From the IMG/VR virus record IMGVR_UViG_3300013132_000023, positions 73,178 to 137,177 of that record: a DNA stretch of 64,000 bases. One strand, given 5' to 3'. The notes under the pieces are model-generated. The model was not told the DNA's origin. It was given only the letters and a program-made list of their open reading frames with translations, and did not search any database. Positions 1-10,615 of the stretch are shown piece after piece. Source of the DNA: a virus. Both the position numbers and the translations under genes were made by a program. Numbering within the stretch: position 1 is the stretch's first letter; the number at the start of each line of letters is the position of its first letter.

Positions 1-2
1 GC

Positions 3-863
3 GGTATTGGTTTTCTTCATAGGTTTTGTACCATTGAACATAATGTTGAAATGTATCTTGCTAGTACGACACCGTTTGCTTCGGACACGGTTCGTCGTGC
101 TGTAGTGTCTCTTGGTGTTAATGAGGGTTTGAATCGATTTAAGGCTTTATATAGAGTTGGTGCTCGTTATTTTTGTATCGATATTGCACATGGTCATTCT
201 CAAGCTGTAGGCGATACAATTAAAGCTATTAAGGAATTTTACGGTGATGCTTATGTAATCGCTGGAAATGTTTGTACAGTTGATGGAGCACTATTTTTGA
301 CTGAATGTGGAGCAGATGCTATTAAGGTTGGCATTGGTCCAGGGAGCGTTTGTACTACTCGTCTTAAGACTGGCTTTGGTGTTCCTCAATTTACTGCTAT
401 TAGAGAATGTCGAAATGTCGGTGCGTTTATTATTGCCGATGGTGGTATTCGTACGCCGGGCGACGCTGTAAAGGCTTTTGTAGCTGGGGCTGATGCTGTT
501 ATGTTGGGTGGCATGTTGTCTGGTACCGACGAAACCCCTGGTGAACTAGTCCAAGATCGTAAGCTAGACGGAACACCCATCGCTAGTTATCATAAGTCAT
601 TTCGAGGAATGGCATCAAAAGAAGCTCAAGAAGATTACATGGGTTTCATGAACGACTGGAAGACAGCCGAAGGTATCGAAATTAAGGTCAAGGCTAAGGG
701 GCCAGTAGAAAATGTATTGGCTGACTTAATGGGTGGCATTCGTTCTGGTATGACATATTGTGGTGCAAACAACCTACGTCAACTGCGTGAACGTGCTGAT
801 TGGGTTGAAATCACGGCGTTTGGTCGTGCAGAAGGATTGCCACATGGAGAAGGAAGACTATGA
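3..863 (+). CDS. IMP dehydrogenase / GMP reductase family (5'-truncated by window edge)
   Basis: Motifs [20 protein letters not shown] (catalytic Cys), IIADGGI, FRGMAS; frame open to the window edge (GIGFLHRF). Confidence 0.93.
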   Translation, partial: GIGFLHRFCTIEHNVEMYLASTTPFASDTVRRAVVSLGVNEGLNRFKALYRVGARYFCIDIAHGHSQAVGDTIKAIKEFYGDAYVIAGNVCTVDGALFLTECGADAIKVGIGPGSVCTTRLKTGFGVPQFTAIRECRNVGAFIIADGGIRTPGDAVKAFVAGADAVMLGGMLSGTDETPGELVQDRKLDGTPIASYHKSFRGMASKEAQEDYMGFMNDWKTAEGIEIKVKAKGPVENVLADLMGGIRSGMTYCGANNLRQLRERADWVEITAFGRAEGLPHGEGRL

Positions 864-1759
864 AGATCCTGGTTTCATACAGAGGCATTCCTCAGTCTCC
901 AGGTTGGGCGACTGGCGATATGGTTGTCAAAGCGTTTCGTGCTTTGGGGCACGAAGCTTATCCGTTTGCCAAGTTCTATCAAGAAAATCGCTGGGTTCCC
1001 GAACGTCCTTTATTGGACGAGCACGAGTGGGACTTAATTCTTTTTATGGAATGCAACGACGGAGATCCGCAATATACGGAGCTACGTGTAACACGAGCAC
1101 GTAAGACTGCTTGCTGGCTTTTTGACACGAGTTATCATCAAGATCGTTATCGTAGACTTGTGGATTACTTCGGTTTCAATCACATTTTTCTAGCTAATCC
1201 TCTGACTATTCAAGAATACAAGGTATGGGGTTATGACAATGTACACTATCTCCCTTATGCATGCAGTCGTGAATTACCTGTACGTTCATTGGAATATCCC
1301 AAGTCCCGTGACGTGGTGCTTGTTGGTTCTATTCGGGACGATAGGATTGCTTTGGCTCGCGGCCTCAGTGGGCATGGTGTCAATCTAGAATTGGTTGGTG
1401 GCGTCTTCCGCGAACAATACATTGATGCCTTGGCGTCCGCTAAGATCGTTGTCAATCATAATCCCGAGGCTGGTCGTGGACTTCTAAATATGCGATTCTT
1501 TGAAGCTCCGGCGGCTGGTGCATTGTTGTTTACAGAACACGTTGATAACGAATGCAATTTAGAATACGGCCTACAGCCAATCGCGTTTCCCTATGAATCT
1601 CTAGCAGAAGCCGGAGCATTCATCAAGCAGTTCATCAGTCAACCGGAGCATCTACTAGACATGCGACGTGTTGCACAGGAACGTGTATTCGAATATCATA
1701 CGTACGACAATCGTTGTCGCACGCTTCTTGAAACGGTTTTTCCAAATGAAAGAATCTGA
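860..1759 (+). CDS. CgeB-like glycosyltransferase (Glyco_trans_1_2)
   Basis: VHYLPYAC, DVVLVGS, KIVVNH, LNMRFFEAPAAGALL, HTYDNR C-terminal pattern. Confidence 0.8.
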   Translation: MKILVSYRGIPQSPGWATGDMVVKAFRALGHEAYPFAKFYQENRWVPERPLLDEHEWDLILFMECNDGDPQYTELRVTRARKTACWLFDTSYHQDRYRRLVDYFGFNHIFLANPLTIQEYKVWGYDNVHYLPYACSRELPVRSLEYPKSRDVVLVGSIRDDRIALARGLSGHGVNLELVGGVFREQYIDALASAKIVVNHNPEAGRGLLNMRFFEAPAAGALLFTEHVDNECNLEYGLQPIAFPYESLAEAGAFIKQFISQPEHLLDMRRVAQERVFEYHTYDNRCRTLLETVFPNERI

Positions 1760-2414
1760 TACTATTAGCGTTTTGGTTTGTGTTCATAGTCGTGATCGTG
1801 AACATGATCGTCTTTTACAGCGTGCCTTAGAGTCGCTTGTAAGACAGACGTATTCCAATTTTGAAACCATATTAGTTCTTGATGAGTGTTGGGAAGATAC
1901 TAAGGGGCTTGTTGAAAGCTACGCAGAAGTTCTCAACATGAGAATCTTTGAACGTCCACACAAGCAGGGGTTAGCTATTGCAAAAAACTTTGGTTTAGCA
2001 CGATGCGGTGGCGATTGGGTTGCGTATCTCGATGCTGACGATCAATGGCTTGAGTGCAAGCTTGAAATTCAACGTCAGTGCATGATTGATATGCCGGAAG
2101 CTACTGATTTTTGTGGTACTGAAGCATGGGACTTGGACGAGCAAGGAATGCGTCCTAACTGCTTTAAGGTAGGTCAATATCAAACACACGAACAAATTGC
2201 AGCACGTTTGTTGCACGAAAATGTCATGTGTCATGGTAGTATGATGATTCGTAAGTCAGCTATCGATACTTTGAATGGCTATTCTGAAAGTCGTTCTTTG
2301 CTCGGTAGAGAAGATTGGGATTTGTGGCAGCGTGCCGTCCGTGCGGGATTCCGTTTTTACAAAGTTCCCGAACGTCTCTATGTCTATTCGCTCGGAACGA
2401 GCGTTCCTCGCTAA
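1746..2414 (+). CDS. GT2 family glycosyltransferase
   Basis: ISVLVC, QTYSNFETILVLD, GLAIAKNFGL, YLDADD (DxD), EDWDLW. Confidence 0.9.
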   Translation: MKESDTISVLVCVHSRDREHDRLLQRALESLVRQTYSNFETILVLDECWEDTKGLVESYAEVLNMRIFERPHKQGLAIAKNFGLARCGGDWVAYLDADDQWLECKLEIQRQCMIDMPEATDFCGTEAWDLDEQGMRPNCFKVGQYQTHEQIAARLLHENVMCHGSMMIRKSAIDTLNGYSESRSLLGREDWDLWQRAVRAGFRFYKVPERLYVYSLGTSVPR

Positions 2415-2415
2415 C

Positions 2416-3372
2416 ATGAAAAACGTACTGTACGTAGGATTGATGTACAACTATGGAAAGCCCCAGGAGGGCTATTCGTACGAGTATATGAACATTGAGG
2501 CTGGGTTCAAGGATTGTGCTCAGCGTGGTATGTTTGAAGTGGATTACTGGCATCCGGATAAAGCTCAGGCTGTGCCGATTGTAACCGAATACGATGCCAT
2601 CTTCCATGTCGCCTTCAATGAATCACTCGACCTACCTGAGGGCGTTGCGAAGCTAGCCCTCAGACAAGACATTCCCGTAATTCAATGGGACTGTGATTCG
2701 TCATGGAGATTTTCAAGCTGGATCTTGCCGCGTAAAGATCGCGTGAGTCATTTCGTAACCACACATTCTGCTACAGTACCGTGGTATCAACAAAATGGCA
2801 TGAAGGTTATTCGATCACAGTGGGGTGGTTCTCCTCTGTATAAGAGGGAGTCGCTTAGCAAGATCTATGACCTGAGTTTTGTTGGTCAGAAACATGGCCG
2901 AATGCCAGATGGTCGTTTCTTGCGTTCAGAGATTGTTAATGCACTTATGGCCGCAGGCTTACGTGTTGATCTCTTCGGCAATTATTGGGATGGATATCAA
3001 AACTGGCACGGCTATGCTACTCATTTCGAGACGATCATTAATGCCTTTAACGAGAGTCGTATCTGTTTAAACTTATCGAATCCTTGGCATCACAATACTA
3101 TGCCACAAATCAAGGGGCGTCATTTTGAGATTCCTCAGGTTGGTGGTTTTCAGTTATGTACGCCCGCTGACGATTTAGAGTCATACTTTGTCGAAGACAA
3201 AGAAATTGTGATTGCACGCTCGATAGGAGAGCTTGTAGAAAAAGCACGTTACTACCTTGATCATGAGCAAGAACGCGAAATAATTGCTGAGGCCGGTTAT
3301 CAGCGTATGCTTAAGGAACATCAGTGGCACCATAGACTTGAAGCATTGTTTAAGGAAGTTGGTGTATTATGA
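2416..3372 (+). CDS. CgeB-like glycosyltransferase
   Basis: YDLSFVGQ, SRICLN, QIKGRHFEIPQVGGF, YYLDHEQERE.IAEAG, HQWHHR. Confidence 0.82.
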   Translation: MKNVLYVGLMYNYGKPQEGYSYEYMNIEAGFKDCAQRGMFEVDYWHPDKAQAVPIVTEYDAIFHVAFNESLDLPEGVAKLALRQDIPVIQWDCDSSWRFSSWILPRKDRVSHFVTTHSATVPWYQQNGMKVIRSQWGGSPLYKRESLSKIYDLSFVGQKHGRMPDGRFLRSEIVNALMAAGLRVDLFGNYWDGYQNWHGYATHFETIINAFNESRICLNLSNPWHHNTMPQIKGRHFEIPQVGGFQLCTPADDLESYFVEDKEIVIARSIGELVEKARYYLDHEQEREIIAEAGYQRMLKEHQWHHRLEALFKEVGVL

Positions 3373-3536
3373 GCGATTGTTTTTGGGAAGGCTTTGACGC
3401 TTTTAAGAGTGGTCATGACATTAATCAAAATCCGTATCCAGAAGATGCTCCTGAACACGAAGAATGGCGGGATGGTTGGTTAGCTGGAGACATGGATCAA
3501 AATCTAAACGAAGAGGACGATACAAGGCCGTGGTAA
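3369..3536 (+). CDS. Rmf/CrpP-fold small protein (55 aa, not in ORF track)
   Basis: Manual translation MSDCFWEGFDAFKSGHDINQNPYPEDAPEHEEWRDGWLAGDMDQNLNEEDDTRPW; G..A...G....NPY......W..GW..G pattern; ATGA-coupled to upstream stop. Confidence 0.6.
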   Translation: MSDCFWEGFDAFKSGHDINQNPYPEDAPEHEEWRDGWLAGDMDQNLNEEDDTRPW

Positions 3537-3580
3537 AAGGATACAACAAATTTAAGGGTACTCTTGACAATCATGACTTC

Positions 3581-4177
3581 ATGACTCAAGAGCACATTGC
3601 GGGTTTTTTACGAAACCATAGAACTGGTACTGATAACCTGGGGCGTCAGACGTTGGCTCGTATTGTTGCAACGTACGACAATCCTACCGTTGTAGACGCT
3701 GCGTGCGGTACTTGCGTTAATTGGGAGGTTTTAAAGAACGCTGGAGTTCGGTGTCAATACACGGGCGTTGATCGCACCGAAGGCATGCTTGCCGAGGCGG
3801 CTCGACGTTATCCTGAAATCAAATTACTCCCAGGATACGTTCAAGAGTTACCATTGCCTGATGGTGCGAGTGATATCGTAATCATGCGACACATCTTGGA
3901 ACATTTACAAGAGGGGTACGAGAACGCTATCCGTGAAGGTTTACGTGTAGCTTCAAAAGAACTTATTGTTGTGTTTTTTCTTGATCCTTCTGATGCAAAC
4001 GAAGACAAGATAGAAGAGTCTCAACCAGATGAAAATGGCTGTACTTACTGGTGGAATACATATAGCTGGTCCAAATTCACCCAATTCATTGCTGAACTTG
4101 GGCTCCAAATGAAGGTAGGACACGTTATTACTCCAGGAGCCGCACATGCCGACACAATCGTACGTATCATCAAATGA
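3581..4177 (+). CDS. Class I SAM-dependent methyltransferase
   Basis: VVDAACGT, YTGVD, LPLPDGASDIV, HILEHL. Confidence 0.85.
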   Translation: MTQEHIAGFLRNHRTGTDNLGRQTLARIVATYDNPTVVDAACGTCVNWEVLKNAGVRCQYTGVDRTEGMLAEAARRYPEIKLLPGYVQELPLPDGASDIVIMRHILEHLQEGYENAIREGLRVASKELIVVFFLDPSDANEDKIEESQPDENGCTYWWNTYSWSKFTQFIAELGLQMKVGHVITPGAAHADTIVRIIK

Positions 4178-4707
4178 AGCTCAATCTTGCTAGCCACGGG
4201 GATGAGATCCCTGGATACATCAGTGTGGACTTCGATCACCCGACCGCTCAGGTGCGAGCGGACGTGACCGATCTTCCGTTTTCCGCCGAATCCGTTGACG
4301 AGATCTTGGCGTTTCATATCCTAGAGCATTTCCGTGCTGGGGACTATGAGCCACATTTGTCCAATCCACTCAATCCCAAAACGGCTAAGCAAGCTCTTGT
4401 GGAATGGCAAAGAGTTTTGAAGCCGGGTGGCAAACTACAAATCAAAGTACCTGATTTCGAAAAGATTGTTTGGCTCTATTACAATTTTCCACAATGGACA
4501 AGGGCTGAGTCTTCGGTTAACGCACCATTTGGTAACTATTCTGATTGGATTGTATCTAATGGGCAACATCAGTGTCTTTTTAACAAACAAACCATGAAGA
4601 GACTGCTCGAAATGACTGGCTTTACGCGTATTGAATTTGTTGACGGCGATCCTCAAGCGGTCGTTAGTCGTACTAATCTTGAAATGCATGTCGTGTGTTA
4701 CAAATGA
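4174..4707 (+). CDS. Methyltransferase type 11-like
   Basis: KLNLASH, LPFSAESVDEILAFHILEH, EWQRVLKPGG.L.I.VPD. Confidence 0.8.
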   Translation: MKLNLASHGDEIPGYISVDFDHPTAQVRADVTDLPFSAESVDEILAFHILEHFRAGDYEPHLSNPLNPKTAKQALVEWQRVLKPGGKLQIKVPDFEKIVWLYYNFPQWTRAESSVNAPFGNYSDWIVSNGQHQCLFNKQTMKRLLEMTGFTRIEFVDGDPQAVVSRTNLEMHVVCYK

Positions 4708-5525
4708 AGCTACTCGATTTTCGTTCAAACTATACTAGTCAATGTGGACAAGATGGTGTCTTGGCCAAGGTGTTTGATGTTCTAGGTATTCGTTCTGGAT
4801 ACTGTGTTGAGTTTGGAGCCTGGGACGGACTATATCTTTCTAACACAAGACAATGGTTACAGAGTCCGCAATTCTCTGGCTGTCTCATTGAGGGCGACCA
4901 TGTTCGGTTTCAAGCACTCAAAAAGCTTTACGGTACACGAACAGACGTGCATACCATTAATACGTTTGTAAGTATTGATGGTGAGAATTCGTTAGATAGT
5001 ATTTTGCAACGCGTTGGGGCACCAGTTGACTTTGATTTGTTGTCAATTGATATCGATTGCGACGACTATCATATTTGGAGTTCGCTGCAACATTTTAAGC
5101 CTAAGTTAGTTCTTATTGAAACAAATCCGTACATTCCATTTTACGTTGAGTATGTTCAAAAGAAGAACCTAGGTCGTTATCCAATTGGGGCAAGCGTTGT
5201 TAGCATGTACAAGTTGGCCATTGCTAAAGGGTATCAGCCTATTTGTTACATTGGACACGACTGGTTGTGTTTACGCAAAGATCTACTACCTGCGTTTGAT
5301 CTTGATACTATGGCTTGTATTCCAATGTTTTTAGCCGGATCAGATGTTCGCAACAACGATCTCATGGCTCATGGAAACATTATTCCGTTGCCTACTGGTC
5401 CAGCAAGTGAGCGGCAAGTCAATATCAACGATATCGTTTATCGTGGTATTGCACCATCCTTTGAAGAGTTCGCACAAGAATTTCGAGTTTTGACTTCACC
5501 GAGTGATTTTGCCAGTCTCCTTTAA
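4704..5525 (+). CDS. FkbM-like methyltransferase
   Basis: SQCGQDG, VEFGAWDG..LSNT, FDLLSIDID..DY, PKLVLIE.N. Confidence 0.75.
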   Translation: MKLLDFRSNYTSQCGQDGVLAKVFDVLGIRSGYCVEFGAWDGLYLSNTRQWLQSPQFSGCLIEGDHVRFQALKKLYGTRTDVHTINTFVSIDGENSLDSILQRVGAPVDFDLLSIDIDCDDYHIWSSLQHFKPKLVLIETNPYIPFYVEYVQKKNLGRYPIGASVVSMYKLAIAKGYQPICYIGHDWLCLRKDLLPAFDLDTMACIPMFLAGSDVRNNDLMAHGNIIPLPTGPASERQVNINDIVYRGIAPSFEEFAQEFRVLTSPSDFASLL

Positions 5526-5584
5526 AGCATAATAAAAGGCAAAAATTACTCAACACATTACCTATTTGAGGACATAATACAGTT

Positions 5585-6586
5585 ATGCGAGTTTTGGTTA
5601 CTGGTGGCAATGGGTTTGTAGGTAAGCACGTCGTGAAAGAGCTTAAGGCTCGTGGTCATGATGTTATTGCCCCCACTAGACAGGAAATGCCTCTTTTGAT
5701 TCCGAGAACATGGCTTCCGAATAAAGACAACTCCGATCAAATGTGCTATAGCGGTGCTTATGGTATAGCTATTGATTTTGTACAGCGTAAGATTGACGCT
5801 GTAGTACACTTAGCCGCTACGTGTGGGGGCATTGGAATCAACAAAGACAATCCAGGTCGCTTCATTTATGAGAACCTTCAAATGGGCATTAACGTCCTAG
5901 AAGGAGCACATCTTGCCAACGTCAAGAAGGTTGTCAATCTCGGTACTGTATGTGCTTATCCGAAGTTTACTGAAATTCCATTTCGAGAAGATGACATCTG
6001 GAATGGTTATCCCGAAGAAACTAATGCTCCATATGGTATCGCCAAGAAGACCGTCATGGAAATGGGTATTGCCTACGCGAAGCAATACGGCATGAATGTG
6101 ACCAACCTTGTGCCCGTCAACATGGCGGGTGAGTTTGACCACTTTGACCTTTACAGCAGTCACGTCATTCCGGCTATCATCAAGAAGTTTGAGGCTCCGT
6201 TGGTCGATGAGAAATGTCAGTTTGATTTCTCTCCTCAGAACTATCCCAAGAAGTATGTAGAGCTTTGGGGAACTGGCCGTGCGTCACGCGAGTTTTTGTA
6301 TGCTGGCGATTGTGCGAGAGCCATCGCCCTCAGTCTTGAGAAGGATACAGGACCGGAGCCTATCAACCTCGGCACCGGCCAAGAGATCACCATTCAAGCA
6401 CTTGCTGAATTGATTAAACGTATTGGTGGATACGACGCCGATATCGTATGGGTATCGTCCAAGCCCGATGGACAGCCGAGGCGTTGTCTCGATACAAGTC
6501 GTGCTAAGCAAGTTTTGGGGTGGGAAGCTATTACTTCGATTGAAGAAATTCTAGAAAAGACAATTAGTTGGTATAGAGCACAATGA
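5585..6586 (+). CDS. fcl: GDP-L-fucose synthase
   Basis: GGNGFVG, HLAATCGGIG.N, LGTVCAYPK, PYGIAKK, SSHVIPAIIKK, WGTG.ASREFLY, KPDGQPRR. Confidence 0.93.
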   Translation: MRVLVTGGNGFVGKHVVKELKARGHDVIAPTRQEMPLLIPRTWLPNKDNSDQMCYSGAYGIAIDFVQRKIDAVVHLAATCGGIGINKDNPGRFIYENLQMGINVLEGAHLANVKKVVNLGTVCAYPKFTEIPFREDDIWNGYPEETNAPYGIAKKTVMEMGIAYAKQYGMNVTNLVPVNMAGEFDHFDLYSSHVIPAIIKKFEAPLVDEKCQFDFSPQNYPKKYVELWGTGRASREFLYAGDCARAIALSLEKDTGPEPINLGTGQEITIQALAELIKRIGGYDADIVWVSSKPDGQPRRCLDTSRAKQVLGWEAITSIEEILEKTISWYRAQ

Positions 6587-7602
6587 GTAAGACAGCGATT
6601 ATTACTGGTGTTACGGGTCAAGACGGTTTCTATCTTACACATTACCTGCTTGGGTTAGGATATCGCGTTGTTGGATTACTCCGTCGCACGTCTCTTCCTA
6701 CCGATGGAAGACTGCGTACTTTGATGGGTAGTCCTAATCTACACTTGGTTAATGCTGACATCACTGACATTTCAAGCATTCAACAAGTAGTGCGTCAGTT
6801 TAAGCCACATGAATTCTATCACTTGGCGGCACAAAGTCATGTTGCTATGTCGTGGAAATATCCTTTAGCTACTTCTGAAATCACTGGTCTTGGTGTTCTC
6901 AATTGCTTAGAAGCTATTCGTACAGAAGCTCCGGAGTGTCGCTTCTATTTTGCTGGAAGTAGTGAACAATTTGGTAATCCCATTTTCGAGGGCAAGACAA
7001 AGGCCCTTAATGAGGATTCTCCTATGGAACCGGAATCGCCTTACGCGGCTGCAAAGGTCTTTGGTTTCAATATGTCAAGAGTGTACCGTAGGTCGTTCAA
7101 TATGTTTGCGTCCTGCGGTATTTTGTTTAACCACGAATCCCCCGTTCGTGGAGAAGAGTTTGTAACACGTAAGATCACGAAAGGTCTTGCTCGTGTAAAA
7201 TGGGGATTGCAAAGTCATGTTGAATTAGGCAACATGAATGCGTGCAGAGATTGGGGATTTGCTGGTGATTATGTGCGTGCTATGCACGCAATGCTACAGT
7301 ACGACAAGCCTGATGATTTTGTTATTGCAACTGGCAAAGCCTATAGTGTCAATATGTTTTTTGATACTTGCTGTTTGTGGTTTGAATTAGATAGAGAAAA
7401 GGTCTATCGAAACAATCCGGCATTTAATCGTCCGAAGGACGTTGAGGTTTTACTTGGAGACAGTACTAAAGCTACTAACTTGTTAGGTTGGGAGCCTACG
7501 TGTGACTTCTATAATCTTGTTGACAAGATGTGTAGATACGATTACCACTTGCAGTCGCCAGATAGCTTGCAATCTCGCATGGCAGATGAATATCTTTTCT
7601 AG
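6583..7602 (+). CDS. gmd: GDP-mannose 4,6-dehydratase
   Basis: ITGVTGQDG, LAAQSHV, SPYAAAK, GILFNHESP.RG..FVTRKIT, RDWGFAGDYV. Confidence 0.96.
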   Translation: MSKTAIITGVTGQDGFYLTHYLLGLGYRVVGLLRRTSLPTDGRLRTLMGSPNLHLVNADITDISSIQQVVRQFKPHEFYHLAAQSHVAMSWKYPLATSEITGLGVLNCLEAIRTEAPECRFYFAGSSEQFGNPIFEGKTKALNEDSPMEPESPYAAAKVFGFNMSRVYRRSFNMFASCGILFNHESPVRGEEFVTRKITKGLARVKWGLQSHVELGNMNACRDWGFAGDYVRAMHAMLQYDKPDDFVIATGKAYSVNMFFDTCCLWFELDREKVYRNNPAFNRPKDVEVLLGDSTKATNLLGWEPTCDFYNLVDKMCRYDYHLQSPDSLQSRMADEYLF

Positions 7603-7611
7603 GAGTTTAGT

Positions 7612-8280
7612 ATGAAGAAACCTGATAATGAAGAACATAAGATTACGGATCGTGAAAAGCGTGCGTGGCAGACTGGTAAGAAAAGACCTGCTCGTCGAAG
7701 ACCAAGTTTGACTACTGCTCAGCGTATTGAATTCTTGGATCTTGTAGCTCGCATGGCTCCCGCTTCCGAGTTTGAGCGTAAGTTGAATTTGACATCGGGA
7801 GACGTTGAATTTTACAGTAACGAACTGAACGTAAAAAGCCAACAAGAAGCACGTCGCATGCATCGTCAAATGAAGCATGAAAATAAAGAGCTTATTGAGG
7901 CTAAGGCCATAGCCGAAAACAAGAAAGTACGTGAAGCTGAGGCCACCGCTCAGCAGCGTCTTGATGAAATTGCTGCCCGCAGAGAAGCTGTTCGTCCTGT
8001 TAAAAAGCCCGATGTGCTGGCTATCAAAACAGAAGACGCCGAACGTCAACGTCGTCTAGCTGAACAACAGGCGAAGACAGATGTTCCTGCAAAAGAATGG
8101 CAATTGCCTGTCGAAGGAACGGAAGCTCAGCGTCACGAACAAATTGATCGTTTTCGTCGCGAACTCTTGTATCATGGCTTTTCTTTTGTTCGCAAGAAGT
8201 ACAACGCTACTAATGCACAAATCAAGTTTGAAGCCCAACGTCTTGGTCTAAAGATTAATTGGGAAGTTGTGCGTAGATGA
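7612..8280 (+). CDS. Hypothetical coiled-coil protein
   Basis: 222-aa ORF, AGGAG RBS, charged helical composition. Confidence 0.7.
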   Translation: MKKPDNEEHKITDREKRAWQTGKKRPARRRPSLTTAQRIEFLDLVARMAPASEFERKLNLTSGDVEFYSNELNVKSQQEARRMHRQMKHENKELIEAKAIAENKKVREAEATAQQRLDEIAARREAVRPVKKPDVLAIKTEDAERQRRLAEQQAKTDVPAKEWQLPVEGTEAQRHEQIDRFRRELLYHGFSFVRKKYNATNAQIKFEAQRLGLKINWEVVRR

Positions 8281-8999
8281 AGTTTACCAAAGATGCATTA
8301 GAAGAGCTTTACGACTCTATGTCCATTGATGAAATGGCAGAGCATCTTGGTATGGCGAAATCTACTCTGTATTACCACATGCGTAAACTAGGCGTGCAGC
8401 GTCGATCTAAGAGTGACGCACAAGCGAGACACCTTGAGCATTCGCCACATCAGCGTGTTGGCAAGTCTCATTCTGATAAAACAAAAGAACGGATTGCTAA
8501 TGGTACACGCGAGTTTTGGGAATCAGAACGTGGTCAAGAGCAAAAGAAAGCGTTGGGAGACTTACGTCGTAACGAGTGGAAAGATCGTTCGCCCAAACAG
8601 CGTCTAACTGTTCTTGATAGACTACAATCGGCAGCAAGGCCGGTACCAGGAAGCTTGTCTAAGTTTGGTCTTAAATTGGCTGACTTTTTGCAGAAGTTCG
8701 AGACTGTTCAAACCGGAATCAGGTTGACGCCGAGTCATGTCTCTGATATCATTCTTGAAGATCGCAAGGTGGTCGTAGAGCTACTTTTGCCAATCAGTGT
8801 TTATGGTGAAGAACAAGAACACAAGATTGGGAATCGTTATGATCGTCTTGTTTCTGAACTTGGTGACGCTGGTTACAGGGTCGTGATTGTGGAAGACCGT
8901 TCCAATTCTTTGTCAAGGGCTCGGTGTCAACGAGTCTATGACGAGCTTGTTTCTTTTTTCGAACAGAAGACTTTACAACACACGAGAATCGTGTCATAA
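8277..8999 (+). CDS. HTH + NUMOD3-like + Vsr/DUF559-like domain protein (homing-endonuclease-like)
   Basis: N-terminal HTH (MSIDEMAEHLGMAKSTLYYHMRKLGV), GKSHSDKTKERI, C-terminal DIILEDRKVVVE...L...GYRVVIV. Confidence 0.55.
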   Translation: MKFTKDALEELYDSMSIDEMAEHLGMAKSTLYYHMRKLGVQRRSKSDAQARHLEHSPHQRVGKSHSDKTKERIANGTREFWESERGQEQKKALGDLRRNEWKDRSPKQRLTVLDRLQSAARPVPGSLSKFGLKLADFLQKFETVQTGIRLTPSHVSDIILEDRKVVVELLLPISVYGEEQEHKIGNRYDRLVSELGDAGYRVVIVEDRSNSLSRARCQRVYDELVSFFEQKTLQHTRIVS

Positions 9000-9006
9000 T
9001 TTGAAC

Positions 9007-9684
9007 ATGACTGAGAACAAATCAAGACGTGGGACTAATTGGGAACAACAGCTACGCGATAATGAGAAGGCTCTTCGTCGCGAAGAAAACGAGGAAATTT
9101 CTGTTGTGCTCTTGGCTGGTTTACAGCGATTAGCGGAAGAAGCTGGTATTGTATCGTCTGATTGCGATATTCGAACGCCGTCTGACTCAATGGTACAAGC
9201 TATTTACCGTGTGACTTTTACGGACGGTACAACCTGGGTTGGTACAGCAGATTGCAACGCTAAAAACACCAAGGGGCGTTACTTGCATTATCCAACCGCT
9301 GTTGCCGAATCGCGAGCAGAAGCACGTTGTCTTCGTAAGGCTCTAGGTATTCGTATGTTGTCTGCCGAAGAGCTTGGACTACGCGAGGGCTTTGGTTCAA
9401 TTGAAGCTTCGCCATCCGGTAAGGCTGACTCACAAATGATTGCAGCTATTACGAAGCTGTGTGAAACTCGTGGCGTTGTTGCTGCTGCCGTTCTAGAAGA
9501 AGTGATTGAAGATCAAGAACGTGCTTCATCGATTTTTGAATTGTCCGAACTAACCACGTTAGAGGCACAACGTGCCCTTGCGTGGCTTAATGAACAAGTA
9601 ACAAAGAAGACTGGTCAACAGTCGGCTAAATCTTCTCGTGATGCTCGTAAGGCTGAATTGACTGCAAGATTGGAGAACCAATGA
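9007..9684 (+). CDS. Putative single-strand annealing protein (Rad52/Sak-like)
   Basis: AVAESRAEARCLRKALGI motif typical of phage SSAP-like families. Confidence 0.45.
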   Translation: MTENKSRRGTNWEQQLRDNEKALRREENEEISVVLLAGLQRLAEEAGIVSSDCDIRTPSDSMVQAIYRVTFTDGTTWVGTADCNAKNTKGRYLHYPTAVAESRAEARCLRKALGIRMLSAEELGLREGFGSIEASPSGKADSQMIAAITKLCETRGVVAAAVLEEVIEDQERASSIFELSELTTLEAQRALAWLNEQVTKKTGQQSAKSSRDARKAELTARLENQ

Positions 9685-10025
9685 AAGTACGATATACGTC
9701 AGGTGATGGTCGTTTGAGTGTTGAGGTCGAGGGCGAAAACCAAAAGAGCGTGTTCGGTGAAATCGCACGCTTTCAAGAAGTTTTTGAACATACTATTTGT
9801 GGTAAGTGTAATGGTCAAGATCTTCGCTTCGTTGTTCGTAACGTTAGTGACAATGACTTCTATGAAATCCACTGCGTAAATCCCAAGTGTCGTGCTCGTC
9901 TTGCATTTGGTCAACACAAGGGCAAGGAAGGTACTCTATTCCCGCGTCGTAAGGATGATAGCGGTGGATGGCTACCGAACGGTGGTTGGGTAAAGTTCAA
10001 TCCGCAAACTGGAAAGGAAGAATAA
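9681..10025 (+). CDS. Hypothetical Zn-ribbon protein
   Basis: CGKC and C...KC pairs; coupled to neighbours. Confidence 0.65.
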   Translation: MKVRYTSGDGRLSVEVEGENQKSVFGEIARFQEVFEHTICGKCNGQDLRFVVRNVSDNDFYEIHCVNPKCRARLAFGQHKGKEGTLFPRRKDDSGGWLPNGGWVKFNPQTGKEE

Positions 10026-10615
10026 TGACGCTTTCTTTTGACGAATATCAATTACAGGCAGCAAAAACTGCTGTTTATCCTAGACAGTTTGTTTTGACGC
10101 ATGGTCAAGAAACCACACCGGGGGCATCTTGTATTTATCCTGTCTTTGGTTTGTGTGGTGAAATTGGTGAAGTTTGTCAAGTTCTTACGGATAGACTTGG
10201 GTTGTCTGTAGATCTTGAAAAAGAATGCGGCGACGTGCTATGGTACATTGCTGCAATTTGTTCTGATCTATCTATCAAAATGAGTCAAGTTGCTGAATGT
10301 GATACGTTTGAGGCTTTCGCACACGGTGCATGGGTTGTTAGTCCGTTATCTACAGCCGGTATTTTACAAGAGCTTTTTATTGCCGCAGGTACCATTGCCG
10401 AAGCAACTAAAAAGACTATACGCGATTCAGGTGGTATAGTTACGCCAGAACGTTTAAAAGTAATTGTTGCCGCACTAAGACGCGTTTTGGTAGCTCTTCG
10501 TTCAATTTGTATTCACAAGAGCTTGAATATTGCAAGTGCTGCTAATGGCAACCTTGCTAAATTAGCTGCTCGTGCTGCAAAGGGTACGATTCAAGGAAGT
10601 GGCGATAACCGATGA
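10025..10615 (+). CDS. MazG-like nucleotide pyrophosphohydrolase
   Basis: FDEYQ..A.KTA.YP, GLCGEIGEV, KECGDVLWYIA, N.AKL..R...G.IQGSGDNR. Confidence 0.82.
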   Translation: MTLSFDEYQLQAAKTAVYPRQFVLTHGQETTPGASCIYPVFGLCGEIGEVCQVLTDRLGLSVDLEKECGDVLWYIAAICSDLSIKMSQVAECDTFEAFAHGAWVVSPLSTAGILQELFIAAGTIAEATKKTIRDSGGIVTPERLKVIVAALRRVLVALRSICIHKSLNIASAANGNLAKLAARAAKGTIQGSGDNR

